DNA from: an uncultured Bacteroidia bacterium | Lineage (GTDB): Bacteria; Bacteroidota; Bacteroidia; Bacteroidales; CAJPTX01 | Assembly: GCA_963543925.1 (NCBI GenBank) | Contig: CAUUCP010000003.1 | Coordinates: 13,763 to 77,762 of the forward strand | Direction of reading: 5' to 3' | Length of the DNA: 64,000 nucleotides | Shown here: positions 62,417 through 64,000 of the stretch, in pieces | How the letters are laid out: every line of letters starts with the position of its first letter | Numbering within the stretch: position 1 is the first letter of the stretch | Program-made: the position numbers and the translations under genes | The notes under the pieces: model-generated | Seen by the model: the letters and a program-made list of their open reading frames with translations, nothing else | Databases searched by the model: none | What the model was told of the DNA's origin: nothing

Positions 62417-64000
62417 ATGAGCTATCCACGCCGCTTGCCCATCAGTACGCAAAGCTTCAAACAGTTGCGTAGAGATGGAGATCTCTATGTCGATAAGACG
62501 CAGTATATCGAGAAGCTCTTTTCGCTCGGACGCATCTTCTTCCTCAGCCGTCCGCACCGTTTCGGAAAAAGCTTGTTCCTTTCTACACTAAAAGCGTACT
62601 TCGAGGGGAAGAAAGAGCTCTTCCAAGGACTCTATATCGCAGCACACGAGGAGGAGATCGCCCGCAGGCAACAACGCGAGCCTTGGGAGGCGAGTCCCGT
62701 GCTTTACTTCGACTTCAATGCAAAAGACTATGAAAGCCACGACACATTGAAGAAACGAATGAATGCGCAATTGCGAGAGCTCGAAGCACACTACGAAATA
62801 ACAAAAAAAGACGACGACCCAGACGATCGTCTTATCTATCTAATAAAAAGTATCTACGAAAAGACAGGTAAGCAGGTGGTTATCCTGATAGACGAGTATG
62901 ACAAACCGCTCCTACTTACCCTAGAAGACCCAGAGTTGAACAAAACCAACAGCGACCTGCTCCGCGCCTTCTTTGAGGTGCTAAAGCACTGTGACCGCTA
63001 CATCCGCTTTGCCATGCTGACGGGCATCACCAAGTTTAGTAAGATGAACCTCTTTAGCGGAGCGAACAACTTGAAGGATATCTCGTTATTGGACAACTAT
63101 GCTGCCATCTGCGGCTTTACGGAGCAAGAGCTCGCGGACTATTTCATGCCCGAGATAGAGCGACTCGCCCAAGCGGAAAACACCTCGGTAGAAGCGACAC
63201 GCCAACGACTGAAGAAAGAGTACGACGGTTACTGTTTCTCGCGCAAAGGAGAGAAGGTCTACAATCCCTTTAGCCTATTGAATGTCTTGAGCGATAGTGT
63301 CTACAGTTACTATTGGTTCGAGACGGCGACCCCATCCTATCTAGAGAACTACCTGAGACGCACTAACATCTTTGTGCCCGATTTGGATAGGGATATCAAG
63401 ATCGGGGTACAAGCGGTACAGGATTTCCGTTACAACGACAAAGATTCGCTTATTCCTCTTCTTTATCAATCGGGTTACCTTACGATTAAGGGGGTACTCG
63501 GCAATGGGATGATCCTTCAGTTGGGATACCCTAATGAGGAGGTGCGCTTCGGCTTCCTACATGAACTCCTCCCTCGTTATTCTCACCTTACTCGCATCAA
63601 TATTGATATCGAAGTATTACAGCTTTACGAATACCTCGATACGGGCAACCTTGCCAAAGTCATGGAGCTTGTCAGGACGCTTCTGGCTGGCGTGCAGTAC
63701 GGCAATATCCCCAAGGGTGAGAAAAGACGTCCGCTGCGCGAACAGTATTATCAGACCGTTCTTTATGCTGTCTTCCGTCTTTTAGGGGTCTATTCCCAGA
63801 CGGAGGTGGTCTGTGCCACGGGGCGTATCGACATGCTTGTCACCACGACGCACCATGTTTATATCTTTGAATTCAAGGTCAATACGCAAGGATCGGCACA
63901 GGACGCTATTATGCAAATCAAGGAAAACGAATACTATCACTTAGTAGCTCAAGAGGGTTGTCCGATCCATTTGGTGGGTGTCAGCTTTGACGAGAAGGCG
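62417..64000 (+). CDS. ATPase-nuclease fusion protein, copy C (divergent paralog of 15700-17340 / 17450-19063); 3' end beyond the right edge
   Basis: Not in the ORF track because there is no stop in the window. My translation from the ATG at 62417 begins MSYPRRLPISTQSFKQLRRDGDLYVDKTQYIEKLF..FFLSRPHRFGKSLFLSTLKAYFEGKKELFQGLYI. It continues with VVILIDEYDKPL...MLTGITKFSKMNLFSG...GRIDMLVTTTHHVYIFEFKV and stays open to nt 64000. Confidence 0.85.
   Translation, partial: MSYPRRLPISTQSFKQLRRDGDLYVDKTQYIEKLFSLGRIFFLSRPHRFGKSLFLSTLKAYFEGKKELFQGLYIAAHEEEIARRQQREPWEASPVLYFDFNAKDYESHDTLKKRMNAQLRELEAHYEITKKDDDPDDRLIYLIKSIYEKTGKQVVILIDEYDKPLLLTLEDPELNKTNSDLLRAFFEVLKHCDRYIRFAMLTGITKFSKMNLFSGANNLKDISLLDNYAAICGFTEQELADYFMPEIERLAQAENTSVEATRQRLKKEYDGYCFSRKGEKVYNPFSLLNVLSDSVYSYYWFETATPSYLENYLRRTNIFVPDLDRDIKIGVQAVQDFRYNDKDSLIPLLYQSGYLTIKGVLGNGMILQLGYPNEEVRFGFLHELLPRYSHLTRINIDIEVLQLYEYLDTGNLAKVMELVRTLLAGVQYGNIPKGEKRRPLREQYYQTVLYAVFRLLGVYSQTEVVCATGRIDMLVTTTHHVYIFEFKVNTQGSAQDAIMQIKENEYYHLVAQEGCPIHLVGVSFDEKA

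Noticed and set aside
62288-62557. An 89-aa minus-strand ORF.
   Set aside because: It overlaps, on the opposite strand, the well-supported 5' end of ATPase-nuclease copy C and a terminator-like hairpin. No motifs are present.

Overview
This 64 kb window looks like a chromosomal segment from a Bacteroidota genome, probably Bacteroidales-like. The evidence is a SusC/SusD pair, T9SS type A and type B C-terminal sorting domains, repeated TAnnTTTG -7 promoter motifs, a tmRNA with tag GENSFALAA, and the rplM-rpsI-rpsB-tsf arrangement. About 45 genes are present, and almost all lie on the minus strand up to about 58.2 kb.

Housekeeping content:
- pyrD (partial), a GT2 glycosyltransferase, and a SurA/OstA-like envelope pair.
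- folC, argS and secA.
- An F-type ATPase operon, atpBEFHAG, without atpDC.
- DAHP synthase/chorismate mutase, tsf, rpsB, rpsI and rplM.
- A DPP-IV-like S9 peptidase, ssrA (tmRNA), ogt, tRNA-Asp and a class A PBP.

Accessory content:
1. A 9 kb island at 15.3-24.4 kb. It carries two tandem, mosaic ATPase-nuclease genes (AAA-ATPase_like + PDDEXK_9 type), repeat elements, and an hsdM-hsdR pair whose hsdS is reduced to a 21-codon stump.
2. A lone DUF262/DUF1524 (GmrSD-like) gene wedged between secA and the atp operon.
3. A four-gene operon of secreted proteins at 51.9-56.2 kb. It has two paralogs carrying a fourfold-conserved TRRPRGGFAV motif and one T9SS cargo protein.
4. A second locus at 61.3-64 kb that repeats the module of 223-bp element, hsdS (with an in-frame stop) and ATPase-nuclease paralog.

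I saw no rRNA, CRISPR array, transposase or integrase. CDS coordinates follow the ORF track, with some starts trimmed to better-supported ATGs. RNA, repeat, promoter and hairpin coordinates were counted by hand and may be off by 1-2 nt. No database search was possible, so all family names come from motif recognition.
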